Source of the DNA: an uncultured Clostridia bacterium
GTDB lineage: Bacteria; Bacillota; Clostridia; TANB77; CAG-508
DNA length: 64,000 nt
Assembly (NCBI GenBank): GCA_949746675.1
Contig: CATKDT010000049.1
Coordinates: forward strand, 1,214 to 65,213
Direction: 5' to 3'
Translations under genes and position numbers: made by a program
Shown: in pieces, positions 30,547-40,798 of the stretch
How positions within the stretch are numbered: position 1 is the first letter of the stretch
How the letters are laid out: each line of letters begins with the position of its first letter
The notes under the pieces: model-generated
What the model saw: the letters and a program-made list of their open reading frames with translations, nothing else
Databases searched by the model: none
What the model was told of the DNA's origin: nothing

Positions 30547-30578
30547 AGTGAGCCTAAAATTGGCTCACTATATTTTTT
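30547..30578. terminator. bidirectional terminator (agtgagcc/ggctcact) between convergent genes
   Basis: T-runs on both sides. It terminates asnS on the minus strand. Confidence 0.55.
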
Positions 30579-30580
30579 AA

Positions 30581-31972
30581 TTAAAATTCACAGTTTTTTG
30601 GTGTTCTTGGGAATGGTATCACATCACGAATATTTTGCATTCCTGTAACATACATCATCAATCTTTCAAATCCTAATCCATACCCAGCATGTTCTACACT
30701 TCCATATTTACGTAAGTCCATATACCACCAGTAATCTTCTAAATTTAGTCCTAATTCTTCAATACGTGCTTTTAATTTTTCGTAATCATCCTCTCTTTGA
30801 CTTCCACCAATTAGCTCTCCTATTCCTGGAACTAAAAGGTCTGATGCTGCTACTGTTTTTCCATCAGAATTTTGTTTCATATAAAATGCTTTTATTTCCT
30901 TTGGATAATCTGTTACAAACACAGGTCTTTCAAATATCTTTTCACTTAAATATCTTTCGTGTTCAGTTTGTATATCTACTCCCCATTCAACTTTATATTC
31001 AAATTTATCATTGTTTTTTTCAAGTTCTTTTATTGCATCTGTATATGTTATTCTTCCAAATGGTTTATTTATTGTTGTTTCTAATTTTTCTTTCAAGCCA
31101 TTTGCTATAAATTTATCAAAGAATTCTATTTCTTCTGGTGCATTTTCCAAAACATATTGTACTACATATTTTATCATCTCTTCTGCATTGTCTAAATAAT
31201 CAGTTAATGTTGCAAAGCACATTTCTGGCTCTATCATCCAAAACTCTGCTGCATGTTTTACTGTATTTGAATTCTCGGCTCTAAATGTTGGTCCAAATGT
31301 ATAAATATTTCTAAACGCTTCTGCATATGTTTCACCTTCTAATTGACCACTAACTGTTAAGTGTGAATTTTTTCCAAAGAAATCCTTTGTAAATTCTACC
31401 TCTTTTTTGTCATCAATTGGAATGTTTTTAAAATCAAATGATGATACACTAAACATTTCTCCTGCACCTTCGCAATCAGAACCTGTTATGATTGGAGTAT
31501 GAACATACACAAATCCCTTTTCTTGAAAAAACTTATGAATTGCATATGATAATAAACTACGTACTCTAAATACAGCACTAAATGTGTTTGTTCTTGGACG
31601 AAGATGTGCTTGTGTTCTTAAGAATTCAAAACTTGTATTCTTTTTTTGTATAGGATAATCATTGTCTGATAAGCTATATATTTCAATTTCTTCTGCATGT
31701 ATTTCAAATGCTTGCTTAGCATTTTCTGTTTTTACTAGTTTTCCTTTTACTATTATTGATGAACTTATAGTTAATTTACATATGTCAGCAAAGTTAGATA
31801 ATTTATCTTCAAATACTATTTGTATATTTTTGAAAAATGAACCATCATTTACTTCTATAAATCCAAAAGCTTTTGAATTTCTAACTGTCTTTACCCAACC
31901 TGAAATAGTTATCTCTTTATCGATATATTCATTTGTATTACGATATAATTCTTTTACTAATATTGATTTCAT
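30581..31972 (-). CDS. asnS: asparagine--tRNA ligase
   Basis: 463 aa class II aaRS. Anticodon-binding OB N-terminus. Clear AsnRS similarity. Confidence 0.95.
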   Translation of the reverse strand: MKSILVKELYRNTNEYIDKEITISGWVKTVRNSKAFGFIEVNDGSFFKNIQIVFEDKLSNFADICKLTISSSIIVKGKLVKTENAKQAFEIHAEEIEIYSLSDNDYPIQKKNTSFEFLRTQAHLRPRTNTFSAVFRVRSLLSYAIHKFFQEKGFVYVHTPIITGSDCEGAGEMFSVSSFDFKNIPIDDKKEVEFTKDFFGKNSHLTVSGQLEGETYAEAFRNIYTFGPTFRAENSNTVKHAAEFWMIEPEMCFATLTDYLDNAEEMIKYVVQYVLENAPEEIEFFDKFIANGLKEKLETTINKPFGRITYTDAIKELEKNNDKFEYKVEWGVDIQTEHERYLSEKIFERPVFVTDYPKEIKAFYMKQNSDGKTVAASDLLVPGIGELIGGSQREDDYEKLKARIEELGLNLEDYWWYMDLRKYGSVEHAGYGLGFERLMMYVTGMQNIRDVIPFPRTPKNCEF

Positions 31973-32010
31973 TTAATTTTCTCCCTTTTTATAATTTGAA
32001 TACTTTATAT

Positions 32011-32355
32011 CTACATTATATCTTTTATAGCATCTCCTATAATTTTATTAACATCATACATTAATTTATTAAATGCTATTTCATTATCAAAATATTCTTT
32101 TATATCTTTATTTTCAATAAGTACATTATATAACCTTGCCAATTTTACTTTTTTATCTTCTTCATCCACTTCTTTATTGTCTTTTCTTTTTAATTCAATT
32201 ACTTGAACTTCTTGCTTTAGTTTTTCAAACTCTTCTATTAATTCTTTTTTTTCTGGAATTGACATTAGTGCTTCTTTAGATTTCTTTAATGCTTTATATT
32301 GCATAGAATTTCTTATTTCTTCTGCTAGTCTGTTAGCTGTATCATAAATTTCCAT
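32011..32355 (-). CDS. small helical protein (YlbF/YmcA-like?)
   Basis: 114 aa, charged coiled-coil. Weak family assignment. Confidence 0.35.
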   Translation of the reverse strand: MEIYDTANRLAEEIRNSMQYKALKKSKEALMSIPEKKELIEEFEKLKQEVQVIELKRKDNKEVDEEDKKVKLARLYNVLIENKDIKEYFDNEIAFNKLMYDVNKIIGDAIKDIM

Positions 32356-32524
32356 TTTTCTCCCGCCTCCTTATGTTATGTCCACTTGTATTATAATAAT
32401 TATACTGATTTTATAATTATGCCTACTTGCATTATGTTAACTTTATAAAATCAGTTTTATGTTTAATCTCAATATTAAATTTTTCTATTAGTTTATTTTC
32501 ATTATAATATAAACTTATTTTCAA

Positions 32525-33817
32525 CTATGCATAAGCATTTCTTTTTCTGAAAGTAAGTAGATTTGATAAATCCTTTGCAGGATTTGAGCTTTGTTCTGCC
32601 TTATTTGCTCTTTCTTGCATAATCTTTTCAGCTTGCTTTTGTGCTTCTGTCTTACAAATAGCTTGTTCATATACATAATGTGTATCTTGTGCAATTTTAT
32701 TCCAGTTATATAAATCTTTAACTTTTTTAACAGCATTTTTTGATATTGTATCACATAATTTTGCGTCAAATAATAGTGCAAGTATCGAATCTGCTATTGA
32801 ATTACTGTTACCAGCATAACTCTTCATTCCATTTACTCCATGGTCAACTATTTCATTTAATCCTCCAACATCTGATACAACTGTTGGTATTCCAGCAAGC
32901 ATTGCTTCAAGTGCTACTATTCCAAATGGCTCATATGTACTTGGAAACACTGCCATATCAGCACATTTATACATTTTTTGTACTTTTGTAGAGTCACAAT
33001 ATCCTGCAAAATATACCTTATTTTCAATTCCTAAATTTTTAACTTCTTGCTTTAATTCATCTATCATTCCACCTTTTCCACATATTACAAGCTTAGAATC
33101 ATGATAGTTCTGAAGAACCTTTGGCATTGCTCCTATTAAATTTTGAATTCCTTTTTCATAAACTAAACGACCAACATATAGTATTATTTTTTCATTATCC
33201 ATTGCAAATTGTCTTCTAAAATCATAGTCTCTCTCAATACCAGAAAAATTATTCAAATTTACCCCATTTGGTATTACATTTATTTTTTCATAAGGTAGTC
33301 CAAATATTCTTTGTAAATCGCCTTTCATAAAGTTGCTATTTACTATTACTTCAGTTGATTCATATGTTAATAGCCATTCTGAATCATTTATGTATCTTTG
33401 TGTTTCATCATGTATTCCAGAATTTCTTCCATTTTCAGTTGCATGTATTGTTGATACTAAAGGGATATCAAATGAATTTTTTAATGCTTTTGCTGAGTAT
33501 GTTACTAACCAATCATGTGCATGTATTACATCAAACTTTCCATTTTTTGTAATTATCTCTGTTGCTTTAGCTACCATATTAAAATTTAGTTGCATTATCC
33601 AATCTATAAAATTATTAGGATGTATCATATAGTTATCTACTCTATAAACATCTACACCTTTGTCATTTTCATAATATGGTGTATTTCCATCTCTATACGT
33701 TATTACAGTTACATCATGTCCATCATTTATCATCCTATGCGATAAATCATGTACAACTCTAGCTATTCCTCCTACAATTCTTGGTGGATACTCCCATGTT
33801 AACATTAAAATTTTCAT
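32525..33817 (-). CDS. GT4 glycosyltransferase, glycogen/alpha-glucan synthase-like
   Basis: MKILMLTWEYPPRIVGGIARVV N-terminus and the EX7E region. Confidence 0.75.
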   Translation of the reverse strand: MKILMLTWEYPPRIVGGIARVVHDLSHRMINDGHDVTVITYRDGNTPYYENDKGVDVYRVDNYMIHPNNFIDWIMQLNFNMVAKATEIITKNGKFDVIHAHDWLVTYSAKALKNSFDIPLVSTIHATENGRNSGIHDETQRYINDSEWLLTYESTEVIVNSNFMKGDLQRIFGLPYEKINVIPNGVNLNNFSGIERDYDFRRQFAMDNEKIILYVGRLVYEKGIQNLIGAMPKVLQNYHDSKLVICGKGGMIDELKQEVKNLGIENKVYFAGYCDSTKVQKMYKCADMAVFPSTYEPFGIVALEAMLAGIPTVVSDVGGLNEIVDHGVNGMKSYAGNSNSIADSILALLFDAKLCDTISKNAVKKVKDLYNWNKIAQDTHYVYEQAICKTEAQKQAEKIMQERANKAEQSSNPAKDLSNLLTFRKRNAYA

Positions 33818-34022
33818 TATTTAATGCCCCTTTCATACTATTCTCTTTCGTTGTTTTTTTCACATACACTTTTTCCTTTTTATATTCTATACATAAATTT
33901 TAGAAATGTAAATATAATTCGACAAATTTTTTTATTTTTTTTCTTTTTTCTATTGCTAAAAAGTTTCTGTTGTTATATTATATAATGAGTTAAAATATGA
34001 TTATTACCAAGGAGGAAAAACG

Positions 34023-35282
34023 TTGCCAAAGTCAAGTATTGAAAAAACAAACGATATTGAAGAAAAGAAAGTAACTCGTACTAAAAAGGCTACTACTTCA
34101 AAAAAATCTGATACAAAGGTTAGTTCTAAAACTGACTCTAAAAAAGTTGAACCTAAGACTACAGTAAAAGCCAAAAAGGATACTACTACTAAAACTAAAA
34201 AATCAACTACTAAAGTAGCTGATAAAGCAGTTGTTAGTGAAGAACCTAAAAAAGCAAAAGCTACAACAAAAAGAAAAACAACTACTAAGGCAACTACAAA
34301 TGCCTCTAAAAAAGTTGATGCAAAGGTTAGTTCTAAAACTGCATCTAAAAAGGTTGCTTCTAAAAAAACTGAGACTAAGGCTACTTCCAAAAAGGCTGAA
34401 AGCAAGACAACAAAAAAGATTGAATCTAAAACTACTTCTACTAAAAAAGTTGAACCTAAGGCTACAGTAAAAGCCAAAAAGGATACTACCACTAAAACTA
34501 AAAAGGCAACTACTAAAACTAAGAAAAAAGTTGAAGACACTCTTCCTAAAGTAAAAAAAGAAGTTAAGAAAACTACAACTAAATCCAAGAAAACAACTAA
34601 AAAAGTTGAACCTAATGTTAAGGATAAAGTAAAAAAGATTGTTACAAAAGCTAAAGAAAAAATTAACAATCTTACATCAACCTTTTTAGATATAGTTGAA
34701 TATTATGACTTACCTTATAGATATAACAAAACAGTTGTTAAAGTTCTAGCTCAAGATCCTAATACTCTATTTGTTTATTGGGATTTGAATGACAATGATT
34801 TACAATACTTTAAAGAAATGTATGGTAATAATTTCCTTTATATAACTAAGCCAGTTCTAGTTGTACATAATATTACTGATGGCTACTCATTTGAAATTGA
34901 TATAAATGATTTTGCAAATAATTGGTACATTCATGTAAATGACACTAAATGTAGATATGTTGTTGAACTAGGTAGACGTCCAAACCAAAGTGATGAAATA
35001 TTTAATATTCAAAATAATGAACCTACCCAATTTGTAAAAATATTATCTTCTAATGAAATTGAAAATCCTAATGACCATGTTTTATATTATGAAAATAAGC
35101 AAAAATTACATTTTAAAAATGTAAAAACTAACGCAATTACAACAAGAATAATTGATAATAAACATAAAAAAGATTTTGCAGAAATTTATAAATACTTTAG
35201 TTTTGATGAAACTTCTGATAATAATAAATTTGATTTTGAAAATCCTAGTTCAAATAATCCAACTTCAAATGTTATGAAATAA
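34023..35282 (+). CDS. DUF4912 protein with Lys/Thr-rich histone-H1-like repetitive N-terminal tail
   Basis: TTG start with an AGGAGG SD. N-terminal ~220 aa are KKxTTK repeats. The C-terminal ~190 aa (YYDLPYRYNKT...YWDL) match DUF4912. Confidence 0.7.
   Translation: MPKSSIEKTNDIEEKKVTRTKKATTSKKSDTKVSSKTDSKKVEPKTTVKAKKDTTTKTKKSTTKVADKAVVSEEPKKAKATTKRKTTTKATTNASKKVDAKVSSKTASKKVASKKTETKATSKKAESKTTKKIESKTTSTKKVEPKATVKAKKDTTTKTKKATTKTKKKVEDTLPKVKKEVKKTTTKSKKTTKKVEPNVKDKVKKIVTKAKEKINNLTSTFLDIVEYYDLPYRYNKTVVKVLAQDPNTLFVYWDLNDNDLQYFKEMYGNNFLYITKPVLVVHNITDGYSFEIDINDFANNWYIHVNDTKCRYVVELGRRPNQSDEIFNIQNNEPTQFVKILSSNEIENPNDHVLYYENKQKLHFKNVKTNAITTRIIDNKHKKDFAEIYKYFSFDETSDNNKFDFENPSSNNPTSNVMK
34100..34520 (+). 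repeat. imperfect in-frame tandem repeats encoding K/T-rich tail
   Basis: Blocks repeat at ~207 and ~303 bp offsets (for example 34144 versus 34447). Confidence 0.6.
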
Positions 35283-35356
35283 TTTGAACTACTTTATAAA
35301 TAAAAGCTTTATTGAATATAATTTTATATTCAATTATATGAAGGGATAAATTAAGT

Positions 35357-36982
35357 ATGAACAAAAATATAAAAGGATATGTAAGTTTTGTACTACATGC
35401 TCATTTGCCATTTATACACCATCCAGAAAGTGAAGATTATCTTGAAGAACAATGGCTTTTTGAAGCTATGTCCGAAACATACATTCCTCTAATTTTAAAT
35501 TTTCAAAAATTAATTGATGAAGGTGTGGATTTTAGGATGACTATGTCACTTACTCCACCTCTTTTAAATATGCTTGATAATAAACTTTTGCAACAACGTT
35601 ACATAAAATACTTAAATACACATATTGAATTAGCCACTAAAGAAATTGAGAGAACTAAAGATAATCCAAGAATTAATAAATTAGCACATTATTATGTTGA
35701 CAGATACTCTAATGATTTACATATTTTTAGAGATGTTTATAATTGTAATATTATTAACGCTTTTAAAAAGTTTAATGATTTAGGTGTACTTGAAATTATA
35801 GGTTGTGGTGCAACTCATGGATATTTCCCTATTTTATATTTAAATGAGAAAACTGTTAGAGCTCAAATTGCTCTAGGTGTTCAAACTTATAATAAATATT
35901 TTAATAAACCTATTAAAGGTTTTTGGCTTCCCGAATGTGGGTATGTTCCTGAAGCTGATCAATACTTAAAAGAGTTTGGCATTGAATATGTTCTTGTTGA
36001 AACACATGGTGTTCTTTATGCTGATCCTACTCCCCTTTATGGAACTTATGCTCCAATTGTATCACCTGGTGGAGTTGTTGCTTTTGGTCGAGATTTGGAA
36101 TCTTCACGTCAAGTATGGAGCTCTATTAATGGTTATCCTGGGGATTTTAATTATAGAGAATTTTATCGTGATATAGGTTATGATGCTCCATATGATTATA
36201 TTAAACCGTATATTGCTTGTAATGGAGTTAGAGTTAATACTGGTATAAAATATCACCGTATAACTGGTAAGTTTGAAGAAAAAGATATCTATGATCTACA
36301 GTGGGCACAAGATTCAGTTAATAAAAATGCTGGACATTTCTTTGATAGTAGATGTTCTCAAATTGATAACTTATGCCTACATACAGAAAATCCTCCAATT
36401 ATATTATGTCCTTATGATGCAGAACTTTATGGTCATTGGTGGTATGAAGGTCCTGACTTTTTATACACTCTTTCTAAAAAGATTTATTATGATAATTGTA
36501 ATTTTGCTTTAATTACTCCACATGAATATATTGATAAATATCCAAATATGCAAATTTCATCTCCTTGTCGTTCTAGTTGGGGTGCTAAAGGCTATAGCTA
36601 TGTATGGTTAAATCCTACTAATGATTATGTCCCTCGTCATTTACATACTGCTGGAGATAGAATGTGTGAACTTGCTTATATGTATCCTAACGAACCTGAA
36701 GATTCTATAAAGCGTAGAATTTTAAATCAATGTGCCCGTGAACTTGTACTTGCTCAAAGTAGTGATTGGCTATTTATTATTACGAATGGAACTATGGTTG
36801 ATTATGCTAAAAAAAGAATTAAAGACCACATTGGCAGATTCACAAAATTGTATCTATGGCTTAAAGAGGATGAAGATTTAAAAAATAATAATGAACTTTC
36901 TGAAAACAAATTAAAAGTTCTTGAAAATATCGAAGAAAAAGATTGTATATTTCCAGAACTTGATTATATGATTTATTATTAG
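35357..36982 (+). CDS. glycoside hydrolase family 57 (alpha-glucan branching/amylase-type)
   Basis: FVLHAHLPF N-terminal GH57 signature. 541 aa. Confidence 0.8.
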   Translation: MNKNIKGYVSFVLHAHLPFIHHPESEDYLEEQWLFEAMSETYIPLILNFQKLIDEGVDFRMTMSLTPPLLNMLDNKLLQQRYIKYLNTHIELATKEIERTKDNPRINKLAHYYVDRYSNDLHIFRDVYNCNIINAFKKFNDLGVLEIIGCGATHGYFPILYLNEKTVRAQIALGVQTYNKYFNKPIKGFWLPECGYVPEADQYLKEFGIEYVLVETHGVLYADPTPLYGTYAPIVSPGGVVAFGRDLESSRQVWSSINGYPGDFNYREFYRDIGYDAPYDYIKPYIACNGVRVNTGIKYHRITGKFEEKDIYDLQWAQDSVNKNAGHFFDSRCSQIDNLCLHTENPPIILCPYDAELYGHWWYEGPDFLYTLSKKIYYDNCNFALITPHEYIDKYPNMQISSPCRSSWGAKGYSYVWLNPTNDYVPRHLHTAGDRMCELAYMYPNEPEDSIKRRILNQCARELVLAQSSDWLFIITNGTMVDYAKKRIKDHIGRFTKLYLWLKEDEDLKNNNELSENKLKVLENIEEKDCIFPELDYMIYY

Positions 36983-36995
36983 GAATTAAAAATAA

Positions 36996-37027
36996 AAACT
37001 CTATCTTTTCTTAAAATAGAGTTTTTA
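36996..37027. terminator. bidirectional terminator between GH57 and clpX
   Basis: aaaactctat / atagagtttt 10-bp stem with a T-run. Confidence 0.5.
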
Positions 37028-37034
37028 TATTGTC

Positions 37035-38363
37035 CTATGCAGTTTCTTGATTAGAAACATTTTTGTTTGTTCGTTTTACTGTTCTTGCTTTTTCTTTTTT
37101 ATTCTCATCAATTACTAATTCAGGCTTTTCCTTATTAACTACTGTATCTTTAGTAATTACACATTTTGCAATTTTGTAGTTTGATGGAACTTCATACATT
37201 ACATCTCTCATCGTTTCTTCCATAATTGAACGAAGTCCTCTAGCTCCTGTTTTTCTTTCCATTGCTTTATCAACTATTGCTTCAAGAGCATCATTGTTGA
37301 ATTCAAGTTCAACGTCATCAATTTTAAGAAGCTTTTTATATTGTTTGACTAATGCATTGCGAGGTTTAGTCATTATGTCAATTAAACCTTCCCTGTCAAG
37401 TTCACGAAGTGTTGCTATTATTGGAAGTCTTCCAACAAACTCTGGTATTAAGCCAAACTTTAATAAATCTTGTGGCAATAATTGTTCATAGATTTTGTAT
37501 TTGTCAACATTCTTTACATCTTGAATGTTTGCACCAAATCCCATTGATTTCTTGCCTGTTCTGTCACCTATAATTTTTTCTATTCCTTCAAATGCTCCAC
37601 CACAAATAAATAAAATATTTGCTGTATTAATTTGAATTAATTCTTGATGAGGGTGTTTACGACCACCTTGTGGTGGAACTGATGCAGTTGTTCCTTCAAC
37701 AATTTTTAATAATGCTTGTTGAACTCCTTCACCACTAACATCTCTAGTTATTGAAACATTTTCTGATTTTCTTGAAATTTTATCAATTTCATCAATGTAT
37801 ACAATTCCCTTTTCAGCTTTTTCTACATCATAATCAGCTGCTTGGATAAGTTTTAATAATATATTTTCTACGTCTTCTCCTACATATCCCGCTTCTGTTA
37901 ATGTTGTTGCATCTGCTATTGCGAATGGTACTTGTAATATTTTTGCTAATGTTTGTGCTAAGAATGTTTTTCCACATCCTGTTGGTCCTAATAATAATAC
38001 ATTACTTTTTTGTATCTCTACTCCATCATTATCTATTTCATCTTCTTTATTATTAATTCTTTTGTAGTGATTGTATACAGCCACAGAAAGTGTTTTCTTT
38101 GCTTCATCTTGTCCTATTACGTATTCATCAAGTACGTTTTTTATTTCTTCTGGTGTTGGTAATTTCCCCTCTTCTGCAATAGTATATTTTTCATCATATT
38201 CATCGCCTCTGCCTAATCCTTCTGTTTCAAGTATATTTTGACAAGTTTGAATACATTCATCACATATATATACCCCTGAAGGTCCTGCTATTATCTTCTT
38301 TACACTTGATTGTAATTTACCACAAAATGAACATCTTATAATTCTTTCATTTCCTCTAGCCAT
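37035..38363 (-). CDS. clpX: ATP-dependent Clp protease ATP-binding subunit ClpX
   Basis: N-terminal C4 zinc finger CSFCGK...CDEC, and AAA+ Walker motifs. Confidence 0.95.
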   Translation of the reverse strand: MARGNERIIRCSFCGKLQSSVKKIIAGPSGVYICDECIQTCQNILETEGLGRGDEYDEKYTIAEEGKLPTPEEIKNVLDEYVIGQDEAKKTLSVAVYNHYKRINNKEDEIDNDGVEIQKSNVLLLGPTGCGKTFLAQTLAKILQVPFAIADATTLTEAGYVGEDVENILLKLIQAADYDVEKAEKGIVYIDEIDKISRKSENVSITRDVSGEGVQQALLKIVEGTTASVPPQGGRKHPHQELIQINTANILFICGGAFEGIEKIIGDRTGKKSMGFGANIQDVKNVDKYKIYEQLLPQDLLKFGLIPEFVGRLPIIATLRELDREGLIDIMTKPRNALVKQYKKLLKIDDVELEFNNDALEAIVDKAMERKTGARGLRSIMEETMRDVMYEVPSNYKIAKCVITKDTVVNKEKPELVIDENKKEKARTVKRTNKNVSNQETA

Positions 38364-38375
38364 TAATATCTCCTT

Positions 38376-38984
38376 CTATTTTCTTTTATCCATAATACCA
38401 TCAATTAAGCCATATTCAAGTGCTTCCTCAGCTGTTAGGTAATGGTCTCTTTCAGTATCTTTTGCAACTTGTTCAATTGATTTTCCTGTTGTTTCACTTA
38501 ATATCTTATTTATTCTTTCTCTTGTTTTAATCATTTGCTCTGCATGTATTTGAATTTCAGTTGTTTGTCCTGATATTCCTTGACCACCAATTAATGGTTG
38601 ATGTATTAATATTTCAGCATTAGGTGTTGCAAATCTCTTTCCTTTAGTTCCTGATGTTAAAAGCAATGCTCCCATACTTGCGGCCATACCAATACATATA
38701 GTTGTAACTGGACATTTTATATAGTTCATTGTGTCAATAATTCCTAGGCCGTCACTTACTGATCCTCCTGGCGAATTAATGTAAAGTGATATTTCCTTTT
38801 CTGGATCTTCTGACTCTAAGAATAAAAGTTGTGCTATTATAAGACTGGCTGATGTTTGATTAACATCTTCACTTAAAAATATAATTCTGTCTTTTAATAG
38901 TCTTGAGAATATATCATAAGACCTTTCTCCTCTTGATGATTGCTCTATTACATAAGGTACTAGGCTATTTTCAAATTTTTCCAT
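38376..38984 (-). CDS. clpP: ATP-dependent Clp protease proteolytic subunit
   Basis: 202 aa. Ser-His-Asp triad context GMAASMG. Confidence 0.95.
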   Translation of the reverse strand: MEKFENSLVPYVIEQSSRGERSYDIFSRLLKDRIIFLSEDVNQTSASLIIAQLLFLESEDPEKEISLYINSPGGSVSDGLGIIDTMNYIKCPVTTICIGMAASMGALLLTSGTKGKRFATPNAEILIHQPLIGGQGISGQTTEIQIHAEQMIKTRERINKILSETTGKSIEQVAKDTERDHYLTAEEALEYGLIDGIMDKRK

Positions 38985-39184
38985 TTAAACCTCCATCTCC
39001 AACGTGATATATTATTCACTTATTGTTTGTCACGTTAGTTTTTATCTTTATTTATTTAATAAACATGTTATTTACAAACAAAGTTAGAGATACATTGATT
39101 ATCTCCAACTTTATTTTATTTTAAACGTTCTTTATTTATTGTTTTGTCTATAATGCAATTAATTACTATTATAAATTTATTAAA

Positions 39185-40474
39185 TTATTTAGTAGTATAT
39201 TTTGCGTTATCTAATATTAGTTTTACAGCTAATTCATTCTTAGAAGATTTTTCTAAATAGTCTTTTATGTCTTCATTCTTTTCTAAGTCTTCAACTTTTC
39301 TACCATATTGTTTTGCTAATTCTTCTAATTTTTCTTTTATGTATTTATCATCAGCTTTTATTTTTTCATCTTTAACTATTTGCTCTAATACTAATCTTGT
39401 TTGGATATTCTTTATTGCATCTTCTTTGAATTCTTCTCTAACTTCTCCTGCTGTTTTTCCACACATTTTTAAGTATTGTTCATAGCTAATTCCTTGATAT
39501 TGTAATCTTTGAGCTATGTTATCTTCCATTGAATCTAATTCAACTTCAATCATTCCATCTGGAATGTCCATTTTTGTGTCTTTGCAAACAGCTTCTATTG
39601 CTGAGTTTTCAGTTTCAACTTTTGCTTTTTCTTCATTGTCTTTTTCCATTTTTTCTTTAATGCTCTTTTTTAATTCTTCAAGAGTATCAAATTCACTTAC
39701 GTCTTTAGCAAATTCATCATCTATTTTTGGCATTTCTTTAACATTAATTGCATGTAATTTGATATGGAAAGTTGCTTCTTTTCCAGCTAATTCCTTTGTG
39801 AAATAATCTTCTGGGAATGTTACTTTTATATCTTTTTCTTCATCTATTTTCATTCCTACTAATTGTTCTTCAAATCCTGGAATAAAAGTTTTACTTCCTA
39901 TTGTTAATTGATGATTTTCAGCTTTTCCACCTTCAAATGGTTTTCCATCTACAAAACCTTCAAAGTCAATTGTTACTATGTCTTGTTCTTTAGTCTTTCT
40001 GTCATCAACTGATACCATTCTTGAATTATGTTCTGCCATGTGTTCTAATTCATGTTCTATGTTTTTTTCTTCAACTTTGTATTTAATTTTTTTAAGTTCT
40101 ATTCCTTTATATTTGCCTAATTTTACTTCTGGTTTTGTTGCTACTATTGCTGTAAATATTAAGTCTTTTCCTTTTTCCATTTGAACTACGTCAATATGAG
40201 GCTTGCTTACTACTTCAAGCTTATTTTCTTTTATTTCCTTATCATATACTTCTGGAACTAATTCGTTAAATGCGTCTTCATAAAAAATTGATGCTCCATA
40301 ATGTCTTTCTACAATATTAAATGGTGCCTTTCCTTTTCTGAATCCTGGTATATTAAAGTACTTTGCACTCTTTTTAAATACACTCATTATTGCTTCATCA
40401 AATTTTGTTGCTTCTATTGTAAATGTTAATTTTAATTCGTTTTTGTTATCTGTTTTTTCTTGTTTTACGCTCAT
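39185..40474 (-). CDS. tig: trigger factor
   Basis: PPIase domain in the middle. Start placed at MSVKQEK. Confidence 0.95.
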   Translation of the reverse strand: MSVKQEKTDNKNELKLTFTIEATKFDEAIMSVFKKSAKYFNIPGFRKGKAPFNIVERHYGASIFYEDAFNELVPEVYDKEIKENKLEVVSKPHIDVVQMEKGKDLIFTAIVATKPEVKLGKYKGIELKKIKYKVEEKNIEHELEHMAEHNSRMVSVDDRKTKEQDIVTIDFEGFVDGKPFEGGKAENHQLTIGSKTFIPGFEEQLVGMKIDEEKDIKVTFPEDYFTKELAGKEATFHIKLHAINVKEMPKIDDEFAKDVSEFDTLEELKKSIKEKMEKDNEEKAKVETENSAIEAVCKDTKMDIPDGMIEVELDSMEDNIAQRLQYQGISYEQYLKMCGKTAGEVREEFKEDAIKNIQTRLVLEQIVKDEKIKADDKYIKEKLEELAKQYGRKVEDLEKNEDIKDYLEKSSKNELAVKLILDNAKYTTK

Positions 40475-40663
40475 TGTTATCATTCCTCTCTTTATTATAT
40501 AAAAATGCTTTTATATTATATCATAATTTTGAGATAAATCAAGGCTTTATGAATAATTTTATTATTATTTTAAATAAACCAGTAGTCCACCTCCTTTTAG
40601 GAAATGTACTGCTGGTTTTGACAGTTTTTAATATACGCCTATTATTTTCTATTTAAAAATTAT

Positions 40664-40746
40664 TGGTACCGATAGTGGGACTCGAACCCACATGGTTTCC
40701 CGCTGGATTTTGAATCCAGTGCGTCTACCAATTCCGCCATATCGGC
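40664..40746 (-). tRNA. tRNA-Leu (anticodon CAA), type II with long variable arm, CCA encoded
   Basis: Cloverleaf derived by hand: GCCGATA acceptor stem, anticodon loop TTCAAAA, GGTTCGAGTCC T-arm. Confidence 0.85.
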
Positions 40747-40798
40747 ATTTTCATTAATATATACTAACATAAATTAATAAAAATGTCTAGACCTATTT

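Noticed and set aside
32521-32991. ORFs 32521..32781 (-) and 32740..32991 (+) overlapping the 3' end of the GT4 gene
   Set aside because: Alternative-frame and antisense shadows. The GT4 ORF is continuous and family-consistent.
34004-34669. Minus-strand ORF and plus-strand alternative-frame ORF (34231..34470) over the K/T-rich repeat
   Set aside because: Frame-shadow ORFs are created by the repetitive AAA/ACT-rich sequence. The in-frame DUF4912 gene explains the region.
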